This document shows, piece after piece, positions 19,829 to 31,036 of a DNA stretch of 64,000 nt. The stretch covers positions 124,001 through 188,000 of the forward strand of contig CP128817.1 in the NCBI GenBank assembly GCA_051546255.1, in the 5' to 3' direction. A program made the position numbers and the translations under genes. This DNA comes from Meyerozyma guilliermondii (lineage: Eukaryota). The notes beneath the pieces are model-generated. The model worked only from the letters and a program-made list of their open reading frames with translations, had not been told where the DNA came from and ran no database searches. Position 1 is the first letter of the stretch. Each line of letters opens with the position of its first letter.

Positions 19829-22321
19829 ATGCCACGACCATTAGACGAATTGCTAAGCTCGTTGAACGAGAACCAGCGGACCGCCGTCACCGCCCCACTC
19901 AATAGTCGAATATGTGTTATTGCTGGTCCAGGAACCGGAAAAACAAAAGTTCTTGTTTCTCGAGTTGCTCATCTTTTGCTACACGATCAAATTCCTCCAC
20001 AGCAAATCATCGTTACAACGTTCACCAAGAAAGCTGCCAACGAGATGGTTCTGCGTCTACGCTTGGTACTTCAAGACACCGATATTGATGTCAATAGACT
20101 AATGGTGGGCACATTCCATAGCATATGCTACCGTATAATCAAGAAGTATGGCCACTTGATTGGCCTAGAAGGATTTACCATTGCTGACGAAAAGGATAGC
20201 ATACATCTTCTCGAAGAATGTTTGGAAAAAATTGGAAAAAATCCACAGCAAAATGACGATGAAAAACAGGATACCAAGCGTTATAGAGCCAAGATCTCGT
20301 CATTGAAAAGCCGTGCAATAACACCAATAGTCTTCAAGAAATCTCATTCCGACGAGTATCTACTGTCTTTGTACGAGACTTACCAAGAGAGTTTGACGGC
20401 CGCAAAGTTGTTGGATTTTGACGACTGTCTCGTTCGGTGCCATGAATTGTTGTTGCAATATCCAGTGCTCAACTTTGTCAAATCGGTACTCGTCGACGAG
20501 TTTCAAGATACCAACGAAATACAGTTGCAATTGATGTACGAATTCGCCAAAGGACACCCTTCCGACCAAAATTTGCAAAATAATGTTTTGATCGTTGGAG
20601 ATCCAGATCAAAGTATCTATGGCTTTCGAGACGCTCAAGTGGGAAACTTTAAAAAGATGGTGACTTTTTACGAAAACAAGGGTCTTTCTTGTACTACTAT
20701 TCTTTTAGAAGAGAATTACCGGTCCACGGCTGGTATACTTGACTTTTCCGAGTCCATCATGAGACAGCAAAAACTGCGAACCATTAAAAACCTTCGTTCT
20801 CAAAAAAACGCAACTTACAAGCCTGTAATTGCGTCCCTCAAGGGCCTGGAGCAAGAAGGACGCTGGATCGTGTATCAAATCGAAACTTTACTTTCTCTTC
20901 CTGGCCAACCTCTTCGCCATGAAGATATTGCAATTCTCTTTCGAGCTGCTTACCAAACAAGAGCAGTGGAACAAGAGCTAACACGACGAGGAATTCCGTA
21001 CTTGATGCTTCGTGGTAAGGCATTCTGGGATCGAAAGGAAGTGGTGGTGTTCATGGACTATCTACGAGTGGTCTCCAACGAGAGCGATAGGTTGGCCCTC
21101 GTCAGAACTCTTAATTATCCCAAGAGAGGAATCGGAGAAAAGGCTATGAAGCTTATCGAAAATGAGTTGCAGAACTCAGCAAATCTGGTACATCAAACTC
21201 TAGTTGCGTTTTGCAAATCTGGTCAATTGTCCTCTAAAACCAAAGAAGGTTTAAGTGCCTATCTTGGTCTCATTGAACGGTGCCGCGAGCATTTAGATCA
21301 CTACGAAATGACCCACGACAAGAGTTTGCTTGAAAGGCTTTCGAGCGAGCTCCTTCGTGACTCGGGCCTTCAAACTGAGTTCGAAGACGACTCTAATAAA
21401 ATGCTCAATATCACCGAAGTGCAACGACAGTTACTTGACTTTGAGCCTCAAGACGAACAAATTGAACTTTTCGTTGGTGGCTCCGAAAATGATCAAGCAG
21501 ATGATCCGTTCAATCATATCCAGAAATTTGTTCAGGCAATCGGTCTTTATGAGTCCGAAGAGTCTGCACAGTCAAAAGAAAAAAGCACTAGCAGAATCAC
21601 ACTTTCCACCATCCATGGCTCTAAGGGACTCGAGTGGCATACTGTATTTGTCCCGGGCCTTTCAGAGGGTGTGCTTCCTGCTGGGTTTGCTATTGCTGAT
21701 AATAGCGAGCAGTCAGCGGATGAAGAACGTCGCTGCTTTTATGTGGCTACAACAAGAGCTAAGACTCTCTTGTATATTTCATCATACATAGAAGAAGAGG
21801 GTAAATGGGGTCGCAAGCCAATTGAAGCCGTTTCACGATTCTTGACGAAAATCAAACCAGATATGATATCTGAATTTCAATCGGCAATTTGCAGCAAAAA
21901 GGACCTAATCTCGTTATACCAACTCATGGCTCGTGAGTACGACGAAACGTTCGATATCGATCAATTTGCTTCGATGTACAAATTGAAACTTTCTGAGTTT
22001 GTCAGAGGAAAATCTAACATTGACTTGTCAAATTTGTCGGCTGGTTTTGTGAGTGCTCGTAAAACCAATGCCATCGCCAGTTCAGTGTTCGAAACAAACC
22101 GTCGTCCGGCACCCCGATCGGCCATTTCAAGGGTTTCCAAGGCACCTACAAAACAAAAAGGGTTCAATCCACCACGCCAAATCACTTCAAGTTCCAGTAA
22201 AGCTCCATCGTATGTCCGAACGACGGCTCCGACAGTTCCAAAAGCTACGAAAATGGCCCCTCCATACATTCCCGATCGCCGCAGAGCTCCCGCCTACATT
22301 CCAAATCGAAAAGCGCCATGA
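19829..22321 (+). CDS. SRS2: UvrD-family DNA helicase
   Basis: ATG at 19829; AGPGTGKT, TFTKKAANEM, VDEFQDTN, VGDPDQSIYGFR, ENYRST, TIHGSKGLEW, EERRCFYVATTRA. Confidence 0.9.
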   Translation: MPRPLDELLSSLNENQRTAVTAPLNSRICVIAGPGTGKTKVLVSRVAHLLLHDQIPPQQIIVTTFTKKAANEMVLRLRLVLQDTDIDVNRLMVGTFHSICYRIIKKYGHLIGLEGFTIADEKDSIHLLEECLEKIGKNPQQNDDEKQDTKRYRAKISSLKSRAITPIVFKKSHSDEYLLSLYETYQESLTAAKLLDFDDCLVRCHELLLQYPVLNFVKSVLVDEFQDTNEIQLQLMYEFAKGHPSDQNLQNNVLIVGDPDQSIYGFRDAQVGNFKKMVTFYENKGLSCTTILLEENYRSTAGILDFSESIMRQQKLRTIKNLRSQKNATYKPVIASLKGLEQEGRWIVYQIETLLSLPGQPLRHEDIAILFRAAYQTRAVEQELTRRGIPYLMLRGKAFWDRKEVVVFMDYLRVVSNESDRLALVRTLNYPKRGIGEKAMKLIENELQNSANLVHQTLVAFCKSGQLSSKTKEGLSAYLGLIERCREHLDHYEMTHDKSLLERLSSELLRDSGLQTEFEDDSNKMLNITEVQRQLLDFEPQDEQIELFVGGSENDQADDPFNHIQKFVQAIGLYESEESAQSKEKSTSRITLSTIHGSKGLEWHTVFVPGLSEGVLPAGFAIADNSEQSADEERRCFYVATTRAKTLLYISSYIEEEGKWGRKPIEAVSRFLTKIKPDMISEFQSAICSKKDLISLYQLMAREYDETFDIDQFASMYKLKLSEFVRGKSNIDLSNLSAGFVSARKTNAIASSVFETNRRPAPRSAISRVSKAPTKQKGFNPPRQITSSSSKAPSYVRTTAPTVPKATKMAPPYIPDRRRAPAYIPNRKAP

Positions 22322-22327
22322 TATTCC

Positions 22328-22933
22328 CTACTTAGTTATTTGGAAGCTCCATGGAAACGTCAAGTGCACCGTCAGGTCATCGTCAACGAACTTTGTCGTG
22401 GCAGAGTAACTTCCACGGGCCAACATTCCAGAAGGAGCCTCGACATCAGGAAAGTATTTCTCGTAAAACGGTTGCTTGGTGGTGTTGGGAGCATAAGAAC
22501 CCAATGGCTCTTCGACCTTGTCCACCCGAATGCCGGCTTTTTTCACCAGATGCAAGTACCGCAAGCCAGTAATGATCTCATGTTGAACTCTGAACTTGAT
22601 TTTGAGCCGGTAAACCGCCTTTTCCTTGATGGTGAATTTGATATCCTTCTTGATGGTGTTCCCGTCATTGTCCTCCATATTGATGACTATCGGGTCCAAA
22701 TCCTTCAGCTCGGGAAATTCCAACGCCATCTCTACAATGACCACTTTCCGCTTGTCCCCTGCCTTTACGGGATACGCGTCGGCGTCGGCCGCCAAACCCA
22801 ACGAAGCTTTCCACTTTGCCAAACTTTCATCCTCAGCGTCGAGTTTCGTGTATTCTTCAATTGTCTTCTTCTCGCCCACGGTATACCCTTCCACGGTCTC
22901 GGGAACCAAATCGTCGTCGTTGGCCTGACTCAT
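22328..22933 (-). CDS. RDI1: Rho GDP-dissociation inhibitor
   Basis: LDAEDESLAKWKASLG, GSYAP, EAPSGMLARGSY, WSFQITK. Confidence 0.96.
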   Translation of the reverse strand: MSQANDDDLVPETVEGYTVGEKKTIEEYTKLDAEDESLAKWKASLGLAADADAYPVKAGDKRKVVIVEMALEFPELKDLDPIVINMEDNDGNTIKKDIKFTIKEKAVYRLKIKFRVQHEIITGLRYLHLVKKAGIRVDKVEEPLGSYAPNTTKQPFYEKYFPDVEAPSGMLARGSYSATTKFVDDDLTVHLTFPWSFQITK

Positions 22934-22939
22934 TCTAAA

Positions 22940-23001
22940 CTATGTTAACAGTGTTAGCGACAAACGAGGAACTCTGTCGATTCCTATTGTGTACTGCATA
23001 C
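22940..23001 (-). other. Probable 5'UTR intron of RDI1
   Basis: Minus strand GTATGC donor at 23001, GCTAAC branch (22953-22958), TAG acceptor ending 22940 (alternative TAG ending 22935). Confidence 0.5.
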
Positions 23002-23242
23002 AATGCGTCTCTACCACGATACAACATGTGAATTTTTTTTGGCAATGTGGGATGTTTCTGGGTCAATTGATATTCAGAATGTGGTGTTGCTTGTGAATGG
23101 TCAATGCCAACCGTTTTTGGAATTATTTATCATCATTGGGGTGTTTTAGTGTGTTCCTCTTTCTTCGTATCTCTCGACTATATGAAGGATCGAAATGTGG
23201 GCGCGAACAGAAGCTTGAAGATTGCACATACTCCTGTTTCCT

Positions 23243-26200
23243 ATGGCTAGTGACCAAGATGTAAGTATTGAGTGGAAACTGTGCTCTGGCACCAAATTCA
23301 TGCTGTGGCTCTTCAAAAAAGCATTCTGAGTAATTATGGAGTCTTGGGATCTCCGCTTTTTTTGATTGTTGATCCAGTAGTTTTGAATCATTTCGAGCAA
23401 CGCCACTAACGTCCAGATTCGTGCCAAAAGGCTCGCTAAACTCGCTGCAGTGGGCGGCGGGTCTTCCTCGAGTGCCAATTCGGCGCCAGGGTCGTCTAAG
23501 CAAGAAAACAAGGCGGCATCCAATAGCGCTCTGTCCGGTATGAGTTCGTCAAACGTAGCTGAAAAATCACCCCGAACTTCCAATTCTGACACCAAATCAC
23601 CTATTGCACAGGCAGCTCCACCACCAACACCAAAACCAACTCCGTCTCAGAAACCAATCCCTCCAAAAAATCCTGAAGAATTACTTTCTCAATGGTTGAC
23701 AGAAGAGCTAGAACCCATTTTCCACGCCAGTCTCTCCGGAAACCACGACAGAGTTCTTACCAGTCTTGCCGACGAGCTTCGTGACGAAAATCGAGCATTT
23801 TCGGCCTCAGATCTCGACTCAGTGTTCATGCAAATCCTCACTGAAATGGGTCCCCCGTCGTCTTTTCCAATCCCTCTTGTGTACTTGTTTCACGTGTACC
23901 AAAAATCGTTCCAGCTCAAAAGAGTGCTTCCCAAAAAGGACCAGTTGTACGAGTCGAAGATCGGTATCCTTAACGAAATCATATCCCTCAGTTGTTCGTA
24001 CTCTCTCATCTGCTTTCAAATGGACGACATGTTTGTGAACAACGACATAAAGGCATCTGTGCTTCGATTTGTCACCTCTGACGATATGTCAACGTTCTTG
24101 GTGGATATAGTAAAGAAAAGCATTGAACAGGAGACCCTCACGGAGCTCATGAATATCATTTTCCCAACCTTGGCAGCTGAGCTCTATACCGTCAACTTGA
24201 ACGATAGACTGTATTCTCAATTCTTAAGTGTCATTGAGACGCTTGTTTCTATAAAGCCAGTTGCTGCAATCTTTTACCAGCTCGACGGATTTCAACCTCC
24301 AGACCCAACCCAACCGCTTGACTTTGAAAACAAGACTTTACTTGGCTCCATGTATCGATTATCACCATTGATAGATTCCATTAGCGCTTATTATTTCGCC
24401 GAAACTGTCGAGCACGGACTGAGTGCACAATTAAGTGCCAGTTACGAAGCTCTTCAAAACGAGTACAAGGTAGTGTCTGATAGACTATATTTCATCACCG
24501 ACAAGCTCATTCGTGGATCTCCCGAAACTAGAAATGCGCTCCTCAAATGGTTTGCTGACTTGATCAATTTGAGTCATTTGAGACGAGGAAGCCACGCAGA
24601 CTTGTCAAAATTACCCTCTGATGGCATCATGTTCAATATTTCGTTAATGTTGATCAGACTCTGTGGTCCTTTCCTTGATTATCCCACTTATGCCAAGATT
24701 GACAAGATAGATATGGACTTCTTTGGCAAAAGCTCGCTAATCGATGTTTCTGAAGAGTCAAGAATCAACTCTTCTCTTCTGGAAGCCACTGATTACGCCA
24801 AGGATCAAGCAGGGGAGACAAATTTTATTTCTGACTGTTTTTTCTTGACTTTGGCATATTTCCATTATGGAGTTGGAGGTATCTACTTGCATTACGACCG
24901 TTTGAAGTCTCAGATCAAGCAACTCTCACTGCGTGTTGAACTCATCTCAAACAACCGTGTTCCACCTGGCACAAATCCCATGATGTCTCACCTTTACCGA
25001 AACCAATTACCAACATTGCAAAAATCACTCAATAAAATGAAGGCTTCCAAGCATGCCATTCAAGCAATTTTTGGGTTTAGGTCTATGCAATTAGAGCTCT
25101 TCGATTTCGTTATCGGTACAACCACATTTTTCACTCGGGTCGTCGATCCCAAACATTTGTTCCCCAAATCTAAATTGAAGATCCCACTTTACTCTATTGC
25201 AAGAGTTTCTGAATTAGACGACCATGAGTTTTTGCAAACCAAAACACCTAAGCCATGGAAATATTATCCTGAATACATTTTGGAGGGTGTTGTCAATTAT
25301 TGCAAGTTTGTTACCAACTTTAGAAACCCACCTTTGTTTCAAAATGACGAAAAACTTAACTCTTTCGTTGAGTTTGCAGTCATATTATTACGGTGTCCCG
25401 AATTGGTGGGAAACCCGCACATGAAAGCACATCTTGTGGAAGTTTTGTTCGTCGGTACATTACCTTTGATGGACGGTAGACCTGGCTTTATTTCTAACAT
25501 CTATAACACAAATGAGTTGGTTCGAGAGAACATTCTCTATGCCTTGCTTGACTTTTACGTCATGGTTGAAAAGACAGGCGCTAGTTCTCAGTTTTATGAC
25601 AAGTTCAACAGTCGTTACTGCATATCGGTGATTCTTGAAGAGTTATGGAAGCATGGAACTTATCGTGAACAGTTGAACCACTACTCAAAGCATAATGTTG
25701 AGTTTTTCGTTAGATTCATCGCCAGAATGTTAAACGATACCACCTACTTGTTGGATGAGACTTTTAATGAGCTCAATCTGATCCACAAGTATCAGCAAGA
25801 ACTCAAGAAGAGACAAGCTGGAGCAGAACCTGATACAGAAACTTTTGGAAACGACGAAGAGTTGAATGGAAACTTGGATTCTGCCGAGAGTAAGGCAAAG
25901 TCCTACATGGGACTCACGAACAAAACGATGGAGTTATTCAAGCTATTCACCAAGCTGGTTCCTAAAGGATTTGTCTTGCCTGAAATTGTCGACCGGTTGG
26001 CCAGCATGTTGAACTACAATCTCGCAATTTTGGTCGGACCCAAATGCTCAAACTTGAAGGTTCAAGATCCTCAGAAGTACGAGTTTGATCCACGCAAAAC
26101 GTTGGGAGATTTGTGTGAAATATATAACAATTTGGCTACCCAAAACGAGTTTCTCGTGGCTGTTGCACGCGATGGCCGTTCGTTTGATGTCAGCTATTTC

Positions 26201-26593
26201 AACAAAGCTGCCCAGATCTTGTCGACAAAGACATACACCGATCCCAGAACTATACAAACGTTCCAGGAATTTGCTGCGAAGGCAGCTAAGCAGAAAGAAT
26301 TAGACGAGGACGAAGAGTTGGAATTGGGTGAGGTACCTGATGAGTTTTTGGATCCTCTCATGTTCACGTTGATGGAAGATCCAGTGATCCTTCCCGGGTC
26401 CAAAATAAGTATCGACCGGTCTACAATCAAAGCACATTTGTTGAGTGACCCCACAGATCCATTCAATAGAATGCCTTTGAAATTAGAAGATGTGAAGGAA
26501 GATGTCGAATTGAAGCAAAAGATACATGATTTTAAGATTCAGAAGAAACAGGAGCGGCGACAGGAGACGGAAGATGTCACAATGGCCGAATAA
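23243..26593 (+). CDS. UFD2: U-box E4 ubiquitin ligase; join(23243..23260,23417..26593)
   Basis: Exon 1 MASDQD then GTAAGT; CACTAAC..CAG; exon 2 starts IRAKRLAKL in frame; QFYDKFNSRY, U-box VPDEFLDPLM...DPTDPFNR. Confidence 0.95.
23261..23416 (+). other. Spliceosomal intron in UFD2 (156 nt)
   Basis: GTAAGT / CACTAAC / CAG, phase 0. Confidence 0.88.
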
Positions 26594-26670
26594 CCATTAC
26601 AATTACATACGTACACAGTAGCTTTATATTATCAAGACTAATCTTATACACTCCTCCCCAATGATGCTAT

Positions 26671-27213
26671 TTAAGCCTTGATGGCAAATCTTCTTTGTGG
26701 GAAGGCAATCTTTTGCTTTCTGGCCTTGTCGGTGATTTGCTTAGCCTCGTACTTGGTCAATTGTCTTCTGATAGCTCTGGTCTTCTTGGCTCTCAAGTCC
26801 TTTGGTTGGTACTTCTTACCGGCGTAGAAAGCCTTGACACTCTCTCTTTGGTTAGCGTTGATGACAGTCAAAACACGGGCAATGTTCTTTCTGACGGTGT
26901 GGATTCTTGGCAAAGATGGCTTTTGCAATTTCTGCACTTTCAAGTTGGCCAACTCTTGCTTCAACTCAACCAACTGCTTTTGCAATTTCTCCTTGGACTG
27001 GGTACGTAATTCGTAAGTCTTGATTCCGGCCTGGGGTTAGTAAATGTTGTATTTATGGTATTTTTCACTTGGAGGTTGTTGTCGTGAAACTGTGAAATAT
27101 CAACATTGGAGTCCACGTTTGGGCTGATTCTCGATACCAGTGTACTCTACGTAGTGGTGATAGTCGATATGACGCTTGACAAGCGTACCTCATGTTTCAA
27201 ATTTACATACCAT
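26671..27213 (-). CDS. RPL35: 60S ribosomal protein uL29 (L35); complement(join(26671..27030,27211..27213))
   Basis: ATG-only exon, then GTATGT; TACTAAC..CAG; exon 2 AGIKTYELR...PKDLRAKKTRAIRR. Confidence 0.97.
27031..27210 (-). other. Spliceosomal intron in RPL35 (180 nt)
   Basis: Canonical GTATGT / TACTAAC / CAG. Confidence 0.95.
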
Positions 27214-27297
27214 TTCGAATTTGTGTATGCTACTAAGCGGTGTCTTCTCGGGAATGAAAAAAACTTCTGGTGAGAAAAACGACGATGCAGGAATGCA

Positions 27298-27320
27298 TCA
27301 CGTGGTAGGGCGGAGCCCTA
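27298..27320. promoter_or_regulatory. Cbf1 + Tbf1 ribosomal-protein promoter module of RPL35
   Basis: TCACGTG (27298-27304) next to palindrome TAGGGC-GGA-GCCCTA (27306-27320), the known Candida-type RP promoter layout. Confidence 0.75.
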
Positions 27321-27471
27321 GACAAGTAGAAAAATAGAAAAATAGGCAAGAGCGGAATTGATATGAGCAGTATAGTATTCTAGAAGTGAGTGTGTTTAAC
27401 GATAGCTATTGCGTGATGGTAACTCTGTGTATTTATTATACTTATATAACTGTTGCACCCAGACTTTTTTC

Positions 27472-27842
27472 TGACATAATCGATCTGGTTATGTAAGCGC
27501 ATCTACAACACCCATGCATGGATTATCTGGCTTATCTGCAGTCTCTCATAATGAGTAATTTAGACTAACAGTGATGCACTATGGTGGTAAATGAGCACCC
27601 TTCCAGCTACTTATACGCAGTTTGTCGCTCGATCTTTAGGACAATGATGAGCTCGATATACAGGAAGAGAACGACATCGTTTGAAACTATCCATGTAAAC
27701 AACCTTATAGATTCTGAGTCCTTACACTAAGCGCTTATGTCAGTGATATACACGAGGCGGCGCATGAGTAGAAATTACTCATTCTTCCAAATGCGGAATC
27801 TGGGGCAGGCACGGCTCCTTTTTTCGGTCGCATATATATTTA
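27472..27842 (+). promoter_or_regulatory. bZIP-site-rich promoter and TATA-like element of the bZIP gene
   Basis: TGACATAA 27472, TTATGTAA 27489, ATGAGTAA 27551, TTATGTCA 27735, ATGAGTA-n5-TACTCAT 27764-27782, ATATATATTTA about 27832. Confidence 0.5.
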
Positions 27843-28008
27843 GCTAATCTCCCCCTGATGCGACATAAAAATTTTTAACTTTCTCCACTATCAAACCTGA
27901 GGGATCTCTAGGTGATTTGATAGTTTTATTTTAGTTTTCCGTCCGTACTAAAGCGCCGATAAGACTACTTTTCTCGGCGCCCTACAAGAAAACCTCTATT
28001 TCAGAACA

Positions 28009-28086
28009 ATGGCAGTCACACAATTCGTATCTGCTTACGTACCAAGAATGCTTTACGCAGAGTTTGGGGCAGGACGGCAACTTTAA
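28009..28086 (+). other. 25-codon upstream/overlapping ORF (MAVTQFVSAYVPRMLYAEFGAGRQL) ending CTT-TAA
   Basis: AACAATGG context; overlaps the bZIP frame, which is +1 relative to it. Confidence 0.6.
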
Positions 28087-28801
28087 GTTTAGTTCTGGTC
28101 CCACGGAAAATTTTCCGTTTGATTTAACTTGTGATAATTATGTTAACGGTGGCCACGATTTAAGTTTTGGTCACGGCTATGGTTCGGTTTACTCGTTTGG
28201 GGGTAGCGATGGATCCAGCAGTGTTTCGGAAGGACAAGGTGGAAGTGTTGAGGGGGGGAGTGTTGAAGGAGGAAGTGAATTTGAAACTGTCAAGGGAGGT
28301 GGTTCTTTCGAAACTGGCCTTTCTTTGGTTGGTCCAAAGGGTCTTTCTAATGACACTTCTTTCAATTCTTCCGGTTCTTTCGGCGGTTCCCTGAGCTCAA
28401 TCAACTCTGCTGGTGTGGCTTCTGGCTCACTTACTCCTGAGCTGGACTCCAATTCTCAGTCTCAGTTGGTGTGGGTGGACCATTCGCACGACGCTCTGGC
28501 TGCGAAAACTGCGGTGGATGAAGTTGGCAGTGTTCGCAAACGGCTCGAAAAAAGAAAACGTCGCAATGCGCCGAAATCCTCGCCTGTAGAAGTCTCGTCG
28601 GTGACTAAGCGCACCAGAAATACTTTGGCTGCGCGCCGGTATCGGCAAAGACGACAGGAAGAGGTGGAGATTCTCGACACTAAAGTTCGAGAACTCGAAC
28701 TGGAGCTTGCAAAGGCGAAACTCGAAGCCAAGTGGTGGCAGATGGAGTCGCAGCGATGGAAGGAGATGGCGAAGAAAGGGGAGAATGAGGGAACCGAATA
28801 G
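28009..28801 (+). CDS. bZIP transcription factor, JlbA/IDI-4 (Gcn4-related) type; start mechanism unresolved
   Basis: Basic region KRTRNTLAARRYRQRR plus zipper heptads; frame open 27935-28801 but its only Met codons lie after the bZIP. Confidence 0.78.
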
Positions 28802-29181
28802 ATGAGAGGAAGGTGGACCGAAGATAGAAGATGTAGAATTAGAATAGCTTAGTCGTTAACAAGTGTATTATTAGTGAGTGTAGCCAAGTTCATGGTACAG
28901 AATGGTTCATGGTATTTCTTTTCATGGTAATGTTGTCTATGAAATTTTTAGTGCTCCTAACTCCTATTCGCAATCTTTCTTCGTGAAGAGATTGAATAAG
29001 TGAGATTTGATCGAGAAAATATTTAAATCAAGTGAACTTTAGTAAAGTAAGCTGTACTTTTACCATTAGTCTCCTACATTAGTAATCCTTTTTTCTTGCT
29101 TCCTTCAGTGGTCCTCTACACCTTCTTATCAAGCTATATTCAGAATAAACTATATCACTCAATACATTCCGAATCGCCATC

Positions 29182-29751
<570 letters not shown>

Positions 29752-30066
29752 TTAACAAACCTCGTTGGTCAGGGATTTGTCTGAGTTTTTTTACCACGTA
29801 ATCGTCGCGTACACCGGGTTACCCGGCGTCTCTATTTTTGGCCCGAGAAATTTAGTCGCTAGCGACTATACATGGTGCAGGAAAATCCTCGACAAACTAC
29901 GTAATTGAGCTACATTAATTGTATTCATATATCAGTACGGATTAATTACGGTGGCAACAACCGGGTCGGATCTCGAGGCATACAATGTCGTCGCGCGACC
30001 TCGATTTGATCGATCCGCGAGCTTGCGCCAGTCCATATGCAGTCGGCTGCAAATTTCACCACCGGT

Positions 30067-30402
30067 TTAAAGAAGGTGGATGGCAGCAATCATGATGGCG
30101 CCAACAGGGAGTGCGGCGGCTCCGTTTGTCGTGGAGGATTGTGTGGAGGAGGTCGCTGTTGACTCAGAAGTGGAGGAGCTGGTATCTTCCAGTGTATGAT
30201 TGTTGTTATGATGTCTGTGGTGAGCTGCTGCTCCACCAGCAAGACCGGCTGCCCCACCGGCAGCTGCACCCCCACGACCACCTCCTCCACGACTGCCTCC
30301 ACTTCCACGTCCTCCACCCCCGTGCCCACCACGACGCTTCTCAAGCACCTGCGCCGATGTACTGGCGATGCATGCTAAGAAAACGAGAGACGTTGTTTTC
30401 AT
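30067..30402 (-). CDS. Small secreted, probably GPI-anchored Gly/Arg-rich protein
   Basis: ATG at 30402 (MKTTSLVFLACIASTSA signal), KR site, RGG tract, His/Asn patch, Ser/Thr stalk, NGAAA plus hydrophobic tail. Confidence 0.72.
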   Translation of the reverse strand: MKTTSLVFLACIASTSAQVLEKRRGGHGGGGRGSGGSRGGGGRGGAAAGGAAGLAGGAAAHHRHHNNNHTLEDTSSSTSESTATSSTQSSTTNGAAALPVGAIMIAAIHLL

Positions 30403-31036
30403 TGCTCCGCATCGTGCATAATCGGCTGCCTTATAACCAGTCGCGCCTGGTGTTCGGCTGTCGCTTACGACCGCAGTTTCGATGACGTGAGGCTGAAGAA
30501 TCATCAACTGACCAGAAAACGCTGATGTAGGCTGTAACTAGAATATAATAACACTGACCATCGGGTATGATATTTTATAGGATCACGAAATATGTAATTT
30601 TCAATATTGAATACTAATTGAATACTACTTTCATAATTCTGTAACTTTGTATAGCCTTTTTGATGCTACTATGTCAGTACAACTACTCCGTCGCTCGCCA
30701 TAGTTTGATCCTCATTTGCATATATGCCGTAACAGTGGTACATTTGTAGTTTTGAGTGTGGAAAATGGTTTTCTTGTCATCTGCAACTGGCTGCAAAACT
30801 TTGTTCAATGTGGAAAATCATCAATCAGATCAACCTGAATGAGACTAACCAGAAATACCAGACCACCAGAACGACCAGAAGAACCAGATCAACAATAAGA
30901 ACCAGCATCGACTGGCAAAACCATTAATACCATTCACTGAAGCGTCCATATTGACACCATGATGAGCATACTCACTTCTTCATTCTCTTTTCTGCGTGGC
31001 TATGCTCAACTTCCTTATTCGTCTCACATAGGCAGT

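Noticed and set aside
27031..27210. Intronic snoRNA in RPL35
   Set aside because: Only a short palindrome (27172-27186); no convincing C/D or H/ACA box pair
28064..28801. Calling the bZIP gene GCN4 or HAC1
   Set aside because: Basic region is NTLAARRYRQ, not Gcn4's NTEAARRSR; no Ire1-type splice hairpins recognised
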